Source of the DNA: Octopus vulgaris
Taxonomy: Eukaryota
Reading direction: 5' to 3'
Length of the DNA stretch: 64,000 nucleotides
Assembly: GCA_951406725.2 (NCBI GenBank)
Contig: OX597823.1
Location: 70,308,001 to 70,372,000, forward strand
The notes under the pieces are model-generated. The model was not told where the DNA came from. It worked only from the letters and a program-made list of their open reading frames with translations, and ran no database searches. Shown piece by piece: positions 14,039 through 27,945 of this stretch. Both the position numbers and the translations under genes were made by a program. The stretch's first letter is position 1. Each line of letters opens with the position of its first letter.

Positions 14039-15464
14039 ATATATAAGTGTTAAGACCCATCCTTCCGATGGTGAAAAGAACTTATATGGTACCACATAAA
14101 ATCATCCAGCACACTCTGAAGGGTGTTTGGTGTTAGGAAGAGCATCCAGCCATAGAAAAATGTGCCAAATTAGACTGGATTCTGGTGTAGCTCTTCAGCT
14201 TGCCAACTCTGGTGAAACTGTCCAACCCATGTTGATGTGAGAGAAAAAAAATGCAATGAATGAGACTCATTATTGAAAACCGCAACGATTGTAGTGGTTT
14301 TCAATGCAGTCTTGTGAATTCCATTTTTTGTCTCATATCTCACATAAACCCTATGGACAGAAACAAATTCCTGAAGTAAATCCATTGGTATATACCTCAA
14401 ACCTGTTGTGGACGTCAGATAGCCAAATACTGTGGACAGCCTTTAAACTGCATATTACAAGAGGTCTACATGAATATGAAATTATTATTATACACACACA
14501 CACAGACACAATATATATAGGGGTAGGACAGAGGGAGGAGTTTTTGCTGCATTTTTGACTTTGAGAAAAAAATACATTTCACAAATGTTCTCTACCTTAC
14601 AAAACCTATATCAGTTAATAAAATGACCCTCTCTAAATGCATTAAATATACTATGACATTCAGAACACTATTTCAGAAAATTATCTCCGTTCTCTTTGTG
14701 CATATTAAAGACCTGTGCATATTATGCACCTGGGGCAAAATGAGTAAGCAAGGCTAAGGTAAATTTGCCTCAGCACTTCTTGTGAATTATATTTGAAAAC
14801 AGACTCATATACATCAATATCCATCCTAAGACATAAGAATAATCAGAAATGCAATAAAAATTTTAAATATCTAGGTCAAATGCAACATTTTCATGGGAAA
14901 ATGATACATGATATGAAATTAATAAAACTTGATGAAATGAAAAAAAAACTCAACATAAAATATTCTCTATAGCTTCTTCACAATCTGCCCGAGTGGTTTT
15001 CTTCTCGACATATTTGTGCACCATGCAGTTAAAGATAAGAAATTACTGAAATTAATCATTACTCATTTTACCCCATTTTAGACATCATTTACCGAAATCG
15101 AAAATTATCGATGAGAAAAAAAATTGACTTGGAATCCAGCAGAGAAAAGATTATTGATTGCTAAACATCAAAAATTATCCAGATATTTTATTAGCAACCT
15201 CAATTACAATTGGGTCAAAGTTGAAGAAAAATCTCTTGTTAAAAAGTACTTGTCACCTGATTATGTCCCAAACTCTCTCAATTTCAACGACAACAACTAT
15301 ACTGACCAATTTTTACTCCTAAAGAGGATGCAATATTTTCAATTTAATGATTTCAAACAGGTAGGGAGAAAATAACGAGAAATCAGATGTTACTCCTTTT
15401 ACCCTGATTACTAATTTTGCCCCACCCATTACCAATATATGTGTGCATATATACATACATACAC

Positions 15465-15745
15465 ATATTTGCGCACATACATACATACATACACACACAC
15501 ACATATTTGCGCACATACATACATACATACACACACACACATATTTGCGCACATACATACATACACACACACACACATATTTGCGCACATACATACATAC
15601 ACACACACACATATTTGCGCACATACATACATACACACACACATATTTGCGCACATACATACATACACACACACACATATTTGCGCACATACATACATAC
15701 ACACACACACATATTTACGCACATACATACATACACACACACACA
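15465..15745. repeat. Minisatellite of about 35 bp (atatttgcgcacatacatacatacacacac) x about 8
   Basis: Repeated atatttgcgcac anchor with variable TACA/CA runs. Confidence 0.9.
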
Positions 15746-16140
15746 TATATATATATATATACATACACATATGCATATACATACATATATGCAAATAATA
15801 TATGTATGTGTGTGTTAGATGGATGGGTTAAAATAAAAAAAGGAAAAGGAAAAATGTTTGACATCATTCGAAAACCATTTCATTTAGACAGAATATAAAT
15901 AGATTCTCTTACAGCTGTTTCTAGAATAGCCAAGCATGTGGATCATGGTATTGAGAAGGGTGTGTGTTTCGTAGAATGATCAGGATAAGTAGACATCAAT
16001 ACACCAGTATATACTTTTATTATTAATAGGCAGAAACAACAAAATGACTCAAATTTCCGAGTTAGTGTTATGCAAAAAAATTTAGACCTTTAAGTCACTT
16101 TGTTCATTTTGTCGATTAAAATTATATACGTTTGTGTGTA

Positions 16141-16173
<33 letters not shown>

Positions 16174-16736
16174 TAGCAATTCATATTCCTCATATATATA
16201 TAACCCTAACCCTATATAAATTAGCATATGTATAAATTTATATACATGTATATAGGCATATGTCTGTGAGTGTGTTTGTGTAGCTATATATAATTATAGA
16301 TAGGGGTGGGAGAGAAAGAAATACATGCTTTACAGATACATATAATTATATAAGAGAGAAGGGAACTGAAAAAGAGCAATGAGAAAAATACATACACTTA
16401 AATATTTTTATGATTATAACATAAATAATAATTACATTTAATGTGAACATTCCGTGAAAAAATGGACTCACTACAATTGCAGTTGTTATTAATTTTATCG
16501 ACACTCAATAAAATTCTTAATCATTTGTTACAATGAGGAAAGATCGATAGATCGACTGACAGACAGGCAGACAGACAGAAAGACAGCTAAATGGATATTT
16601 TGTGGAACGGAAAGATTGTCATCAATGTCACAGATGTGTGTGTGCACCTGTATGTGTGTGTGTGAGTGAGTGTGATTAAAGACATACGTACATTGATTTG
16701 ACACACGTATATTTATGATTAGTAAATAACACCTAC

Positions 16737-17241
16737 TTCCCCATTCCTTAGCAGCGCTGACAGCTTTAGTTGAAACGTCTTCGATTGCTTGCTTCGCTGC
16801 TTCAATCTTCTCATCCACTTTATCTGGTCCTTCGGCATCTTCGTCGTCACTGCTGGTCGCGGGTTCAGAAGCATCCGAATTGGCTCCACCCTTGCGTGGT
16901 TTTTTCTTGCCAGGCAAAGGAGGAATATTAGGAGCGGCTGTGTCAGAGCCACTTTGTTCTGAGGCTGATTCTGTAACGGGAGATTCGTCACCACTTGATG
17001 CACCACCACCGCCGCCGCCGCCGCCACCACCACCAGCTCCAGTTACAACCGAAGTTGCCGTCGCCTCGGGACCAGGTGCAACAGCACTAGAAGCAGTGTC
17101 GTTCGTACTGCTTTCGGGCTGTTGAACGTCTTCTTTTCCATCTTGAGTCGGTTGCGCATCGGCTGATTCCTCAGCTGGTACGTTGCTATCCGAATCCTTT
17201 TTCTGAATGGCACCCCACCAGCTCGACACGGCATTAAACAT
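16737..17241 (-). CDS. SYAP1: Synapse-associated protein 1 (SYAP1/Sap47) homologue, first coding exon
   Basis: ATG at 17241 gives MFNAVSSWWG (human MFRGLSSWLG). An acidic low-complexity linker follows, ending AVSAAKEWG (human LLHQAKDFGN), then donor GTAGGT at 16736 (phase 1). GC-rich, codon-like island. Later exons including the BSD domain were not found in the window. Confidence 0.8.
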
Positions 17242-18065
17242 GTTGGCCGTGTTTTTCAGCCTGTTTCCTACTGAAAACGACTCCACTTTGTCTGTTTGGT
17301 GGATTCTCACTTAATAGAAAAGGCAGGTAGATAATACAAAAAAGGTTCCCCGTCAGCAAAATGACGACAGGTAGACTGAGAATACGTTTGTAAACACAAC
17401 TAAATCCGATGCACACGCTTACGTCATGTATATCAGTCCTGCACTGAATGTAGCAATTGGTGGAGGAAAGAGGGGGAGAAAACAAAGCTAGCTGTAACAG
17501 CATAATGTTAAAGTCAACATATTTACAGTAGCAGTGACACCATTGTGAGGAATGTTATTTGCAATAATAATTATCATAATAATATCTTCTGTTTTTTTTT
17601 TTAACGTTACTAAATATCATCTGTACCTAAATATACATTATATTACAATTAAATTTTTTAAAGATAATGCTAAAATTATATGCTGCTGAAATGCCTAATA
17701 ATCGCAATAAACCTTTTTTTTTTTTTTTTAAGGAAAAAAAAAAAAACACGGTTCATTTTTTATTTTAATCTATATTATAATGTTTCTTTCTGTTGTCACA
17801 ATGTTTCATATTTGAAAATTTTATTACGAAGTAAGATTACATGATATTCGGGCTTTTCTTAAGCGCATTGAATGAAGCGGAGTGAATGAAACCAGGAGTA
17901 TAAATATACTCGTTTTACTGGTAGCTTGTTTCTTTACAATATTCGCTACTGACTATTTCTAGAACCGTTGTGAACGCAATTATGATAAATACAACGACTA
18001 GCTTGATCTACATGTTTTGTTTACTCTGATTATACATATATATATATAATATATAAATATATATA

Positions 18066-18111
<46 letters not shown>

Positions 18112-21100
18112 CTCGATATTGTAATTGATATTTTGATAATTTATTTCAAACGGAGATATTTTGAGGCATAAATTACTCGTTTAATTCATATTGTTTTCAC
18201 ACACGCACAGGGCCGGAACTTAAAGGAATGTCACGTGTACGCTCTGCGTAATGGAGAATTTCATTCATTCAGTATTCGACATCTACTAGAAGCTGGTTAT
18301 CATAAATTTCTTCTCGTTGCTTTTGTGATACTCAGAGGCGTTTTGTTTTGGCACTCTACAGGACCATAGTTCGCTTTAAAATATATTTTTTGCTATTTAA
18401 ACCTCTCAAAGTCCATGTATATTTCATTAATGTTTATTGTTCTTTTGGGGGGTAATACATCTACAACCCGTGACATCTAGAACATATTTATATCCCTAAA
18501 CAATAAATATTCTTGCACAAGCAAACAAGGAGGGATTTACATGATTGCTTGACCTCTTAGAATTATCAGCCAAATTCTCCTTTAGATCTCATTCCACCAC
18601 CACTGGGAATTTCTCTTGACGAATGTATTTCCTCGTCATAGCAGAAACTATGTAACTACAAAAGTTGGTAAATGTTTAAGATGAGAAAGGAGTTGTAATC
18701 GTGTTATGTTTAATAAGTTGAATAGTTAATAAGAGAAAGGATTACTTTCAACTTTTATCATCCATGAAAATGTGGTCAGTTGTCACAAGAAGAAATAAAT
18801 GTGTGTTACCACATGAACTGTGAGATGAATGGGAAGTTGGATAAATAAAAAGAGTAATCTTCGTTGTTTTATTCATGTTTATTGTTAAATTATTGTATTG
18901 GACGCAACAGTTCAGTGGGGGACAGCAGAATAACGCCAGAAATGTTTGTAATAGTAGTATATGAATATTCTGTGAAAGTGGTGAGTTTGTGTATACAATT
19001 CTCATTCTTTCAAATACAGGAATTTCACTCGGCATTACGCTTTACTACTCTCATCACTTATTCCCGGACATTTATATTCTGTATTAGTTCTTAGAAAGGT
19101 CTCTTTCTAATATTTTCAAAAACAAATCTGATTGGACAGATTGGTGGTGAAGTCACTGCTCAAAAATTTGCCGGTTGTTTATATATAATTTTAGTGGCTA
19201 GATTTTTGCAGACAGCATTACTCATTCTACCAAAATTCTGGTTGTTGCTTACAAAGTATTTCCTGACCGGAAACAGCTAGTCCTGAGTACAAACCATAGT
19301 GTAACTCTATATCACATCCGCATCAGAAAACTGGTTACATGACCACAAGTAACATGTAGGATGTAAGTGTAGCAGCATGTGCTACTGATGATGACATATT
19401 CTACAGATAATGACAGATGGACAACAAATGTAGGAACTCTAAAGTTACTTTAATGTACACATGAAAAGAGTACATTGACAGGCAGATGTAATGCAAGGGT
19501 AGAATCTCTACTGGCGGAACGTATAATCAATATGCATTCACATGTGTGAATATAGAGCAGCGTTTAAGAGTCAGAGGATTCTGGATATGGTGCAGCTATC
19601 AATTTTCATTATAAGGAGCTGAAAGAAAAGAATTACTATATTCCCTATCCATGGTATAAAAGAACAATTTGTGTGCGCAGTTAGGTAGGTGTCTTAAAGG
19701 AAATGCAGAGACCAAATGTGTCGGGGTCCTGTAGTTGTGAGTTATTATTGCACAACAAACTGCAAAACATATCCTGAATATGAATAGCCAAGTGAAATTG
19801 ATTATATAGAGGGAAGAAGATAAATGGCTGAAAGAAAAATGCAGGAAGTGAAGTCTGTGTTCCTTGTTGAAAATGTTATGAAAATATGGCTGGCAATGTT
19901 AAGTCATGTAATGAATTCAACAGCTGGTGAAAAGTGATGTAATGTAGTTTGAGCTGTTGCTAAGTGCACCAACCAACAGAAATACATGTCAGAGAAAAGA
20001 ACTTAAGGCTGACATAGATCTAGAAACAATTGCTGAAGACACATACTAGGGTGCATATGGTATTGAATGAAATGCATGCATGTTGCAATGTTATAAAAGC
20101 CACAGTAACTGTAGAAAAACTTGTCTGATTCAAGAAAAATTATTATTTTATTAATTTTTCATTAATAAAAATCAATGAAAAACAAGAAAGCAATGTGTGA
20201 GGTGAATGCATTGTGGATGGTGTGTAAATGAAAGAAGAGTATTGGAATCTGTAAAAATGTATATGCAAAGGAATTGAAAGCCACTTGCACAGCTCTACAG
20301 GTTATGAATAAAGTGTTGTGTTAATGGTGGACTATGGAAAATGGAATATTGCTATATTCAATCATGTCAGCATGAAGATACCAGTGTAAGTTGGAAACAG
20401 CTGTAAAGGTTCATTACCAAGGTCACCAATTAAACAATATGTGGTCACTGTAAGATATAGATGTGTGTATTATCACATTAATGAGATGAATGGACAGTTG
20501 GATGAATGAGGAGTGTAGTCATGGTTTTTGATTCATCATGTCTATTATTAAATGATTGTATTGGATGTGATGTTTCATTGAGGAACCTGTAGTGAATTTT
20601 ACAAGCATGAAGAGGATTCAATCCATCATAGCCAAATTTAAATTAACACTGCAACAGAACTTTTTCTATCTCTGACAGCAGTTTTACATTTTCCAGATGC
20701 CTTTAGCTATGCCAAAATAATGTCTTCACTACTTGACCCTTTCTAACCTTTTCTACTTCACCAAAAGCTAGAATAGAGATAACAAGACCACCAACTAAAT
20801 CTATTGTTCTCAATGATATATCTATCCTTCTGGATAAACCAGCACATCCCAAGCAAAAATTAGTTTGTCACAGTCATGACGACTCAATGGAGTTAGTCAC
20901 AGTTGGTGACGACTCAACAAGGTCTGGCTGACTAACCTTGGTCAGAGGGAGAAAGCAACTGTGAGACAACACCCTACAATTTTCTCTAGCTCAAATTCTG
21001 TCCCTTACAACATCATTCTATCTCTCTCTGTAATTACTACTACTAAACAATGAAGAGGACACATACACAAACTTTACTTTGGATTTATCAAACCTGCCCG

Positions 21101-21625
21101 TTGAGGTAAGGTAATTGTAATGTAACGGTAAATAAATACTTTCTTAAAACTTTATACATAGTGCATCTTTCTCATCTTACAACTTGTTGTGCTAACAACA
21201 AATTTTTATCGTCACTACTGCTGATTCTGACATTTAATATTATTGTGTACCAAATCAACCTAAATTCATTACAAACTACAGAGTGATGTCAGAAATCTGA
21301 TTATAATAATAGTATGTTTGTTCACAGACAATGTTTTGTGAAAGGGGCAAGCTAGTATTGCATAGGCAGCTCCTTTGACTAGTAATTATGAAGAACCTAA
21401 TGAATATAAAAATTTCCACAGGAGTTATGCATCACTGCTCACATAGCTTAGTTTCTGATTTCACACTCTGCGTTGGTTCTTAGAATGGCCCTTTTTAGTT
21501 GCTCCATTTCAAATCTGATTGGACAGATCTGTGGTGAAGTCTTTGCTAAAAAATTTAGCACTGAGATGCTTAAAATATCTGGCAGTGTAGGTTATGGTCT
21601 AGTCACCCATATAAAAATAATAAAT

Positions 21626-21872
21626 ACGCCCTTTTAAAGCCTAGCCAAGCTCATGGGCCCGGTTTCCTGGTTTCTATGGCGTATGTGTTCCCTGGCTGGA
21701 CAGGACGCCAGTCCATCACAGCGTTACTAATTTTTGCCAGCTGAGTGGACTGGAGCAACATGAAATGAAGTGCTTTGCTCAAGAACACAACGCGTCGCCC
21801 GGTCCAGGAATTGAAACCACAATCTTACGATCATGGTGCTGACACCCTAGCCACTAAGCCCACGCCTCCACA
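21626..21872 (-). mobile_element. tRNA-derived SINE
   Basis: Minus-strand head gtggaggcgtgggcttagtggctagggtgtcagc...ggtttcaattcc with A/B-box-like motifs. Confidence 0.75.
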
Positions 21873-22107
21873 GTCACCCATATAGCCAAGAAGAATATTT
21901 TTTTAATGGCCCAACTACATGACAAGCCTTTGGTTGCAATTAAAACATCTCTGGTGAGTTTCAAAATTAAAACTTATTTATAATGGAAAGGGATATTTGA
22001 GAAGCTTCTGCTTGCCTTTTTGTTTAGGTGCAAAAACCAAAGCAGTATTTTCTTTTCTTTTGTTACACTGTTACCACAAGGTATGATTGGCTGTAATTTA
22101 TGTTAAT

Positions 22108-23426
22108 ACAGAGAGGACAGACGTTTTTGAAATGGCTATTACTTAGCCCCAGTGGGAGAGACATATGTTCAACAGGTACCATTTGGTCCGTAGTGTCTTA
22201 ACACTTTTTGCATTTTAGGTGAAGCCATGGTGCTGTGGACAATAGAGCATCACAGGTTTGCCTATGACAGTCATGTGAGGAATAATGAGTCTGTCACAGT
22301 AGTTCAGCATGACTTTTGGCACTACTTCAACATTCACTGAAATCAGGCTACTCCCACCTGTAACACAATCTTACATTGGGTGAATGTACTTTGTACACAA
22401 GGTATACCAATGAATAGGAGACCGGTGGGGGCACCATGAATAATACAAACCCTGGAAAATGTGGAACACATCAGACAAGCTTTGATACAAAGTCTAAATT
22501 GCTCTGCTCAAAGGCATTCCACTGAACTTGGCATCGGTAATCGATTGGAAAGGTGTATTTTGCATGAAAACCTGCATTTTCACCCATACAAATAGGTCAT
22601 CGGGCAAGAGTTGAAACCATGGGACTATGCACAGTGGCTTAACTTCACCTGTCAATTGGAAGCAATTTTTGAGGCAAATGACAACCTCATTTTGTTAAAG
22701 AGTGATGAAGCTCATTTTCATCTCAGTTGCATGGTGATCAGTAGAACTGTCATTATTGGTCTCTTGAAATTCTAAGAGAACTGCACAAAAGACCACTGCA
22801 CAGCCCAAAAGTGATGGTCAGGTGTGCTGTTGGAAAAGCTGCTGTCATTGGTCCTTACTTTTTTGAAGACAATAATGGAAATTCTGTTAATGTGAACTCT
22901 GAGCATTACATTGAGATGATAAACAACTTCTTTGTGCCTGAACTATGATGAAATAGTATGTCTATTTAACATGTGTGGTTTCAGGAGGATGGGGCAACAG
23001 TCCACACAGCCAGAGCATCAATGGACATTCTTCACCCTCTCTTTGGTGACCGCCTCATTTCCAGGTTTGTTGACATTCCTTGGCTCGCTCAGTCCACCGA
23101 TTTGTCCATGTGTAATTATTTCTTGTGGGGAAGCCTCAAAGCATGCATGTATGTGCATAAACCCCATACATTGGACGATTTGAAGGAAGCTATTCACATG
23201 GAAGACACCCAATTTGACAGAGGAATGCTGGAGAGAGTGGAGGCCAACTTCCAAGAACACCTTCAGAAATGCGACAATGAAAACGGACACCACATGATGG
23301 ATGTTGTTTTCCACACTTGATTTTGACAAATGCTAATTCAATATAAACATATTGATGTCAATAAAATTTGTTTGCAGCTAAACTTAATGATTATAAGAAT
23401 TGTTCAAAAACGTCCATCCTCTCTGT
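22108..23426 (+). mobile_element. Decayed Tc1/mariner-superfamily DNA transposon
   Basis: TIRs acagagaggacagacgtttttgaa and ttcaaaaacgtccatcctctctgt. Broken transposase about 22227-23320 with SDEAHFHL, WFQEDGATVHTA and WLAQSTDLSMCNYFLWGSLK. Confidence 0.88.
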
Positions 23427-23569
23427 CCCACCTTGTTTGTGTTGCTTATCTGCATAGTCAGTTTAGCACCTGTTCTTATAAAATTACTAAATATGGTTGC
23501 ATTGGTTAAACTGCAAATCTTAACTTAAACAGAGATGCTATAGGATTGATTCCGTAGAGAGCTCTTCTA

Positions 23570-23950
23570 GGCAAACTATATCACAAAGGCTATCTTTCTT
23601 CTTGAGGATTAGAAAATGCTTCAATGAAACTTAATGGATGAGTCTACCACATTTGGGATGGTGTTGCTGCTGCTACACATATTGTCGTCCTGGACTGTGT
23701 CCAAAAAGGGGCTACTTGTCTGATTAGCACAAAGCCACTTATCACTACACTTTAATCACTTACCTCACTCCCCCTTTTCTATTGCTATTACAACGACCTC
23801 TGTTTCCCAGAGCTGGATGGTCTATTACCATCTACAGTCAGGCATTCCCAACACAATTGTTTCTCATCTCATCACTCTTCCCAGACACCACTTTCTCCGA
23901 GAACACCAGCTGTCTGGAATCTGCCAACCCATGCATATTTTTTCCAGCAG
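23570..23950 (+). mobile_element. Highly decayed non-LTR retrotransposon C-terminal remnant
   Basis: HIWDG...LDCVQKGATCLI...LFYCYYND resembles the post-RT region of LINEs. Confidence 0.4.
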
Positions 23951-25160
23951 TCAACTGAAGAGGAAGGTTAATTTTTGTGATACAGTTTTTGCTATGATAA
24001 TGTTCATCCATCCATCCAGACAAATTACACCCCTATTATCTTCTGTGATGGTAGTGTGTAATTTGAAGGAAATTTGGCAGCTCATTCTAATATGTCAAGT
24101 GATCATATAGAGCCTCTCTTGTTAGTTTGTGCAAGGAAATGTTTGAAAAGTATGTTAATGACATGTATCCCACTAGTCTTAGAAACCATGGTCATGGCCC
24201 CTCTCCTTCTGTTCATTGTAAAAAAAAATAAAACATTTTTCTACGTTAGTTTTGCATCATTTCCTCTCCCCCTTTCACACTTATCACAAACCTTAATTCC
24301 ACATCAAATGTTTTAAAGTCTAAATGCTCTCAGAATGTGTGTTGAACATTTTAAATGCCTGCACTGTATGTTGTATGTTGTGCTTGTTGTTATATGCAAG
24401 GAAGATACCTTTTTTATAGGTTTGGTATGGAGAAAGAAGCTGTACCCATGTTCTTCTTAGGCCCACCAAGACTAGTTAAATGAATGTAGTTAATGTTCCT
24501 CTCAAATAATTACCAAGTTGAGAGAGAATACCAGAGAGTCAATGATTTGAGGAGGAAGAATTGGGTGTAGTGTTTAGAATGGGACCTGGAAAGCGGACAC
24601 AATGTAGGTTATGGAGCGATGAGTGAATTAGAAGTTCTGAGTAAACAAGGTATGAGACCAGTCAGCTCTGAGAAGCAGAAGCTTCTGTAGTCATGATAGA
24701 AAACATGGAGTAACAGCCCACAATTGGAGTGAGGTGGGTTTTTTTTTTTTTTTTTTTTTTTAGCTGTCTAGGATATCTGTATTTGTAGCAGCATCACCTT
24801 TGCAGATGTGTGAGCAGTGTTCCATTTTAGGTTGCTACTGAGCTTTGTAATGACCAGTAGCTGTTGGGGATGAAGAGGAAGACCAGTATAGTTTTTGCCA
24901 CATTGAGGGATATGTGGTTACCAGGAAAGATTCTCGATGGTGTTAAGGCCTAGTATCTATAATGATACCGATTGCTTTATTTGCTGATAATCATATTTAG
25001 GAATAAGAGAGTATGACAGTGACTTTTGAAATATTCTATTGTTTTTGTGTTGTTGAAGGAGACAAGACTAATAGACACCACAGGAGAATGTTTTGTAGGT
25101 CTTTGTTCATCAAAGTCAATGCAGGTTCTACTCTGTCATTGAAGCAAATTAATACATATT

Positions 25161-26413
25161 CCAAGGCAGGCACCATTAATTGAAATGTTAACTTTGTTAA
25201 CCATTAACCAGAAAGTTAACTTCAATAAGCTTTATTCAATTAATTCTTTAAAAATGCAACAGAAGTTATCGATAAACCATTAACATTGATTTTTATTATA
25301 GAAAAAAAAAATCAGTTTTTGCTCTAAAACTACCTAAAGGTGCCAAATCTATAAAATCAGCCTTTTCAGACCTTTTTAAGGACTTTAGAACCACACAACT
25401 ATAGTTTTTTTTTCTTTAGAGTTAAAATATGCTGATTTTATAGTTTTAACTTTAAAAAGACCTAAAAAAAGTTGATTTCATAGTTTTGGCCCTTTTTAAA
25501 GGTTTTTAAAGGCATTTTTAAAGGGTAAAAAAAACTCAAATGAAACACAATATTACTATTAAAGGAAAAAAGTTTATTGATAAAGTGGCCATAAAAGAAT
25601 AAAAATATAAAAAATTAAAAACACGATATATACATAATCTAATTTTTCCTCTTCTCATTCTCCATTTTGTTCATGAGATGCATGTTGCCCTTCATGAAAA
25701 TTAGTTTTCATCAGACAAGAATGATTTCTTGGCCCTCAAGATGTCATTACCCAAAGAGAACAAATGCTCCTCTGCAGCACTGGAGGGGATGGCTGTGTTG
25801 AACTTGATGAGCAAGTCCACCAACACTTGCTCACCCTAGAAGGCAGCATCTGTCAGCAAGTCTTTGGAGTTGGTCTCCAACCAGGTCTTGATCAAATTTT
25901 GGGCCTTGTCCTTGAGTGACCTGTGGCTCCTGCTGCTCTCTTTCGGATGAGTGACAGCACTAAAGAAGTCATCCTCCTCTTCGTTGTTGCTGCTCAATTC
26001 ATCAGACTGCTGCCTCGTGGCCTCCTTGACCTTACCCTCCATGCTTTTTCTCACTTTGGTGACCTTGGTGTTGTCATACTTATCCAGCTGGATGAGATGA
26101 AACCTGGGGTGGAAGGCAGCAGCCAGCTGGTATTCCTCATCCTCCAGGAGGTTCCTAAACCTTTTGTCGATGCTTACCAAAAGTGTGTCAACCAAGGGGC
26201 TGCAGTAGACAAGGCCCTTGGACTTCAATTTCTTGAGCCTAAAGATCATTGCAGCAACTTGAGTTAAAAGAACTTAACTCAAGTGGACTTGAGTTAATAG
26301 AAGTTAATTAGTTCGATAATTATTTCCAAAATTAACTTAAAAGTTAAATTGTTAACAAAAATGTTAACTTTGTTAATTAATGATTAATGGATTAACAGTT
26401 TGGTGCCCAGGTT
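25161..26413 (-). mobile_element. Non-autonomous hAT transposon with C-terminal dimerisation-domain remnant
   Basis: Perfect 8 bp TSD TACATATT (25153-25160 and 26414-26421). Imperfect TIRs ccaaggcaggcacc and ggtgcccaggtt. Protein remnants LAAAFHPRF and LLIKFNTAIPSSAAEEHLFSLG. Confidence 0.85.
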
Positions 26414-27279
26414 TACATATTACATTATCATAGGAACTAGCTCACCTAATTTCTTTTCAACCTTTACAAATACCCTACATCCAAGGTCCATGTCTTGCTA
26501 TCAAGCAGTATCACACTTCATATATGAGCACCCAGCAATATGTCCTTCTCTCTGAGAAGAGCAGACCCTGAATAGGTAAGAGCTCCTTGAACTTTTTCCA
26601 TCCTGTTCTTACTATATTATTCAACATATTTATTCATTTATATGCACCCATATATAATGCAATTTGCTAAATCTAGAAAAAAATATCTTTCATGTATGAT
26701 ATGCACTAACATTTCTAAAATAAAATATATTATACATTGGTAAATCTATACATCCTAAACAAATCAAAGCATTAATTCAAATGTGATCTTTGAACTTTAC
26801 AGGTTAAAATCTCCCTGTTACCGTTGCTGACAGGCACATGGCATTATTGCATTTTGACTTCCATTAGGTCAGCTTTGCCTTTTATCTGTTTTTGAGTCAA
26901 TAAAATTTTTTTTTTTAATTATCGATTGAACTTGGTAGGCTCATGAATGTTTGCCTAGACACCTTGCCACATTTATTCCAGTTTTAAGTTCAAATCTCAC
27001 ATTGCATATTTAGATGGTAGACCTAATACATTGCCTGGCTTAACACCAACACCTTATGCTTGGAATTCCTTCAACAGAGTTTGCTCTGTTAGAACCAGAT
27101 TTCTGGCCTGAAGATACCTTTCTCCTTTGTTCCCACCAGTGCCAGAGACTCTATAATGTCTCATGGACACTGCTGTCCATCATGACTGAAAAAAAAATAC
27201 ATATATGCATAAAGACAAAACTCACAAAATATACATGTGTATTTAACATGCATTCAAGCAAACACATGTACAAGTGTGT

Positions 27280-27945
27280 AAAAACAGCTTGCTTACCAAC
27301 CATATGGTTCTGGGTTCAGCCCCTATGTGTGGCACTTTGGGCAAGTGTCTTCTACTTTAGCCTCAATCCTTGTGAGTGGATTTGATAGATGGAAACTGAA
27401 AGAAGCCCGTCATATATATACATATATATGTGTGTGTGTTTGTGTGTCTGTGTTTGTCCCCCCAACATCGCTTGACAACCGATGCTGGCGTGTTTATGTC
27501 CCCGAAACTTAGTAGTTCAACAAAAGAGACTGATAGAATAAGTACTAGGCTTACAAAGAACAGGTCCTGGGGTTGATTTGCTTGACTAAAGGTGGTGCTC
27601 TAGTATGACTGCAGCTAAAGGACTGAAACAAATAAAAGAATAAAGGCATAGGTGTGGCATTCAGTCCTACAGTGTGACACCTTGGGCAAGTACCTTCTAT
27701 AATAGCCTTGGGCCAACCAAAGCATTGTCAGTGGATTTGTTAGATGGAAACCAAAAGAAGCTCGTTGCATATGTGTGTGTGTTTGTTCCCCACCACCACT
27801 TGACAACCGCTGTTGGTATGTTTACTGCCCCATAACTTAGCAGTTCAACAAAAGGGACCAATAGAATAAGTACCATTTGACTAAAAATTCTCCAAAGCAG
27901 TGCCCCAGCATGGCCACAGTCTAATGACTGAAGCAAGTAAGAGAT
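27280..27945 (+). mobile_element. Two adjacent copies of a SINE family
   Basis: Both contain ...ttgggcaagt...gatggaaac..aaagaagc.cgt...cttgacaaccg...gaataagtac...cagcatggccacagt. Confidence 0.75.

Noticed and set aside
15124-15375. 83 aa ORF near SYAP1
   Set aside because: TTG start, no recognisable similarity, and on the opposite strand to SYAP1.
15905-15990. GAAACAGCTGTAAGAG half-hammerhead on the minus strand (similar at about 57315)
   Set aside because: No intact CUGANGA partner found; at most a decayed PLE pLTR.
16201-16213. taaccctaaccct telomere-like repeat
   Set aside because: Only two units; not meaningful.
16528-17310. Full 260 aa ORF as a single-exon gene
   Set aside because: The real start is more likely ATG 17241, and similarity ends at the GT donor at 16736.
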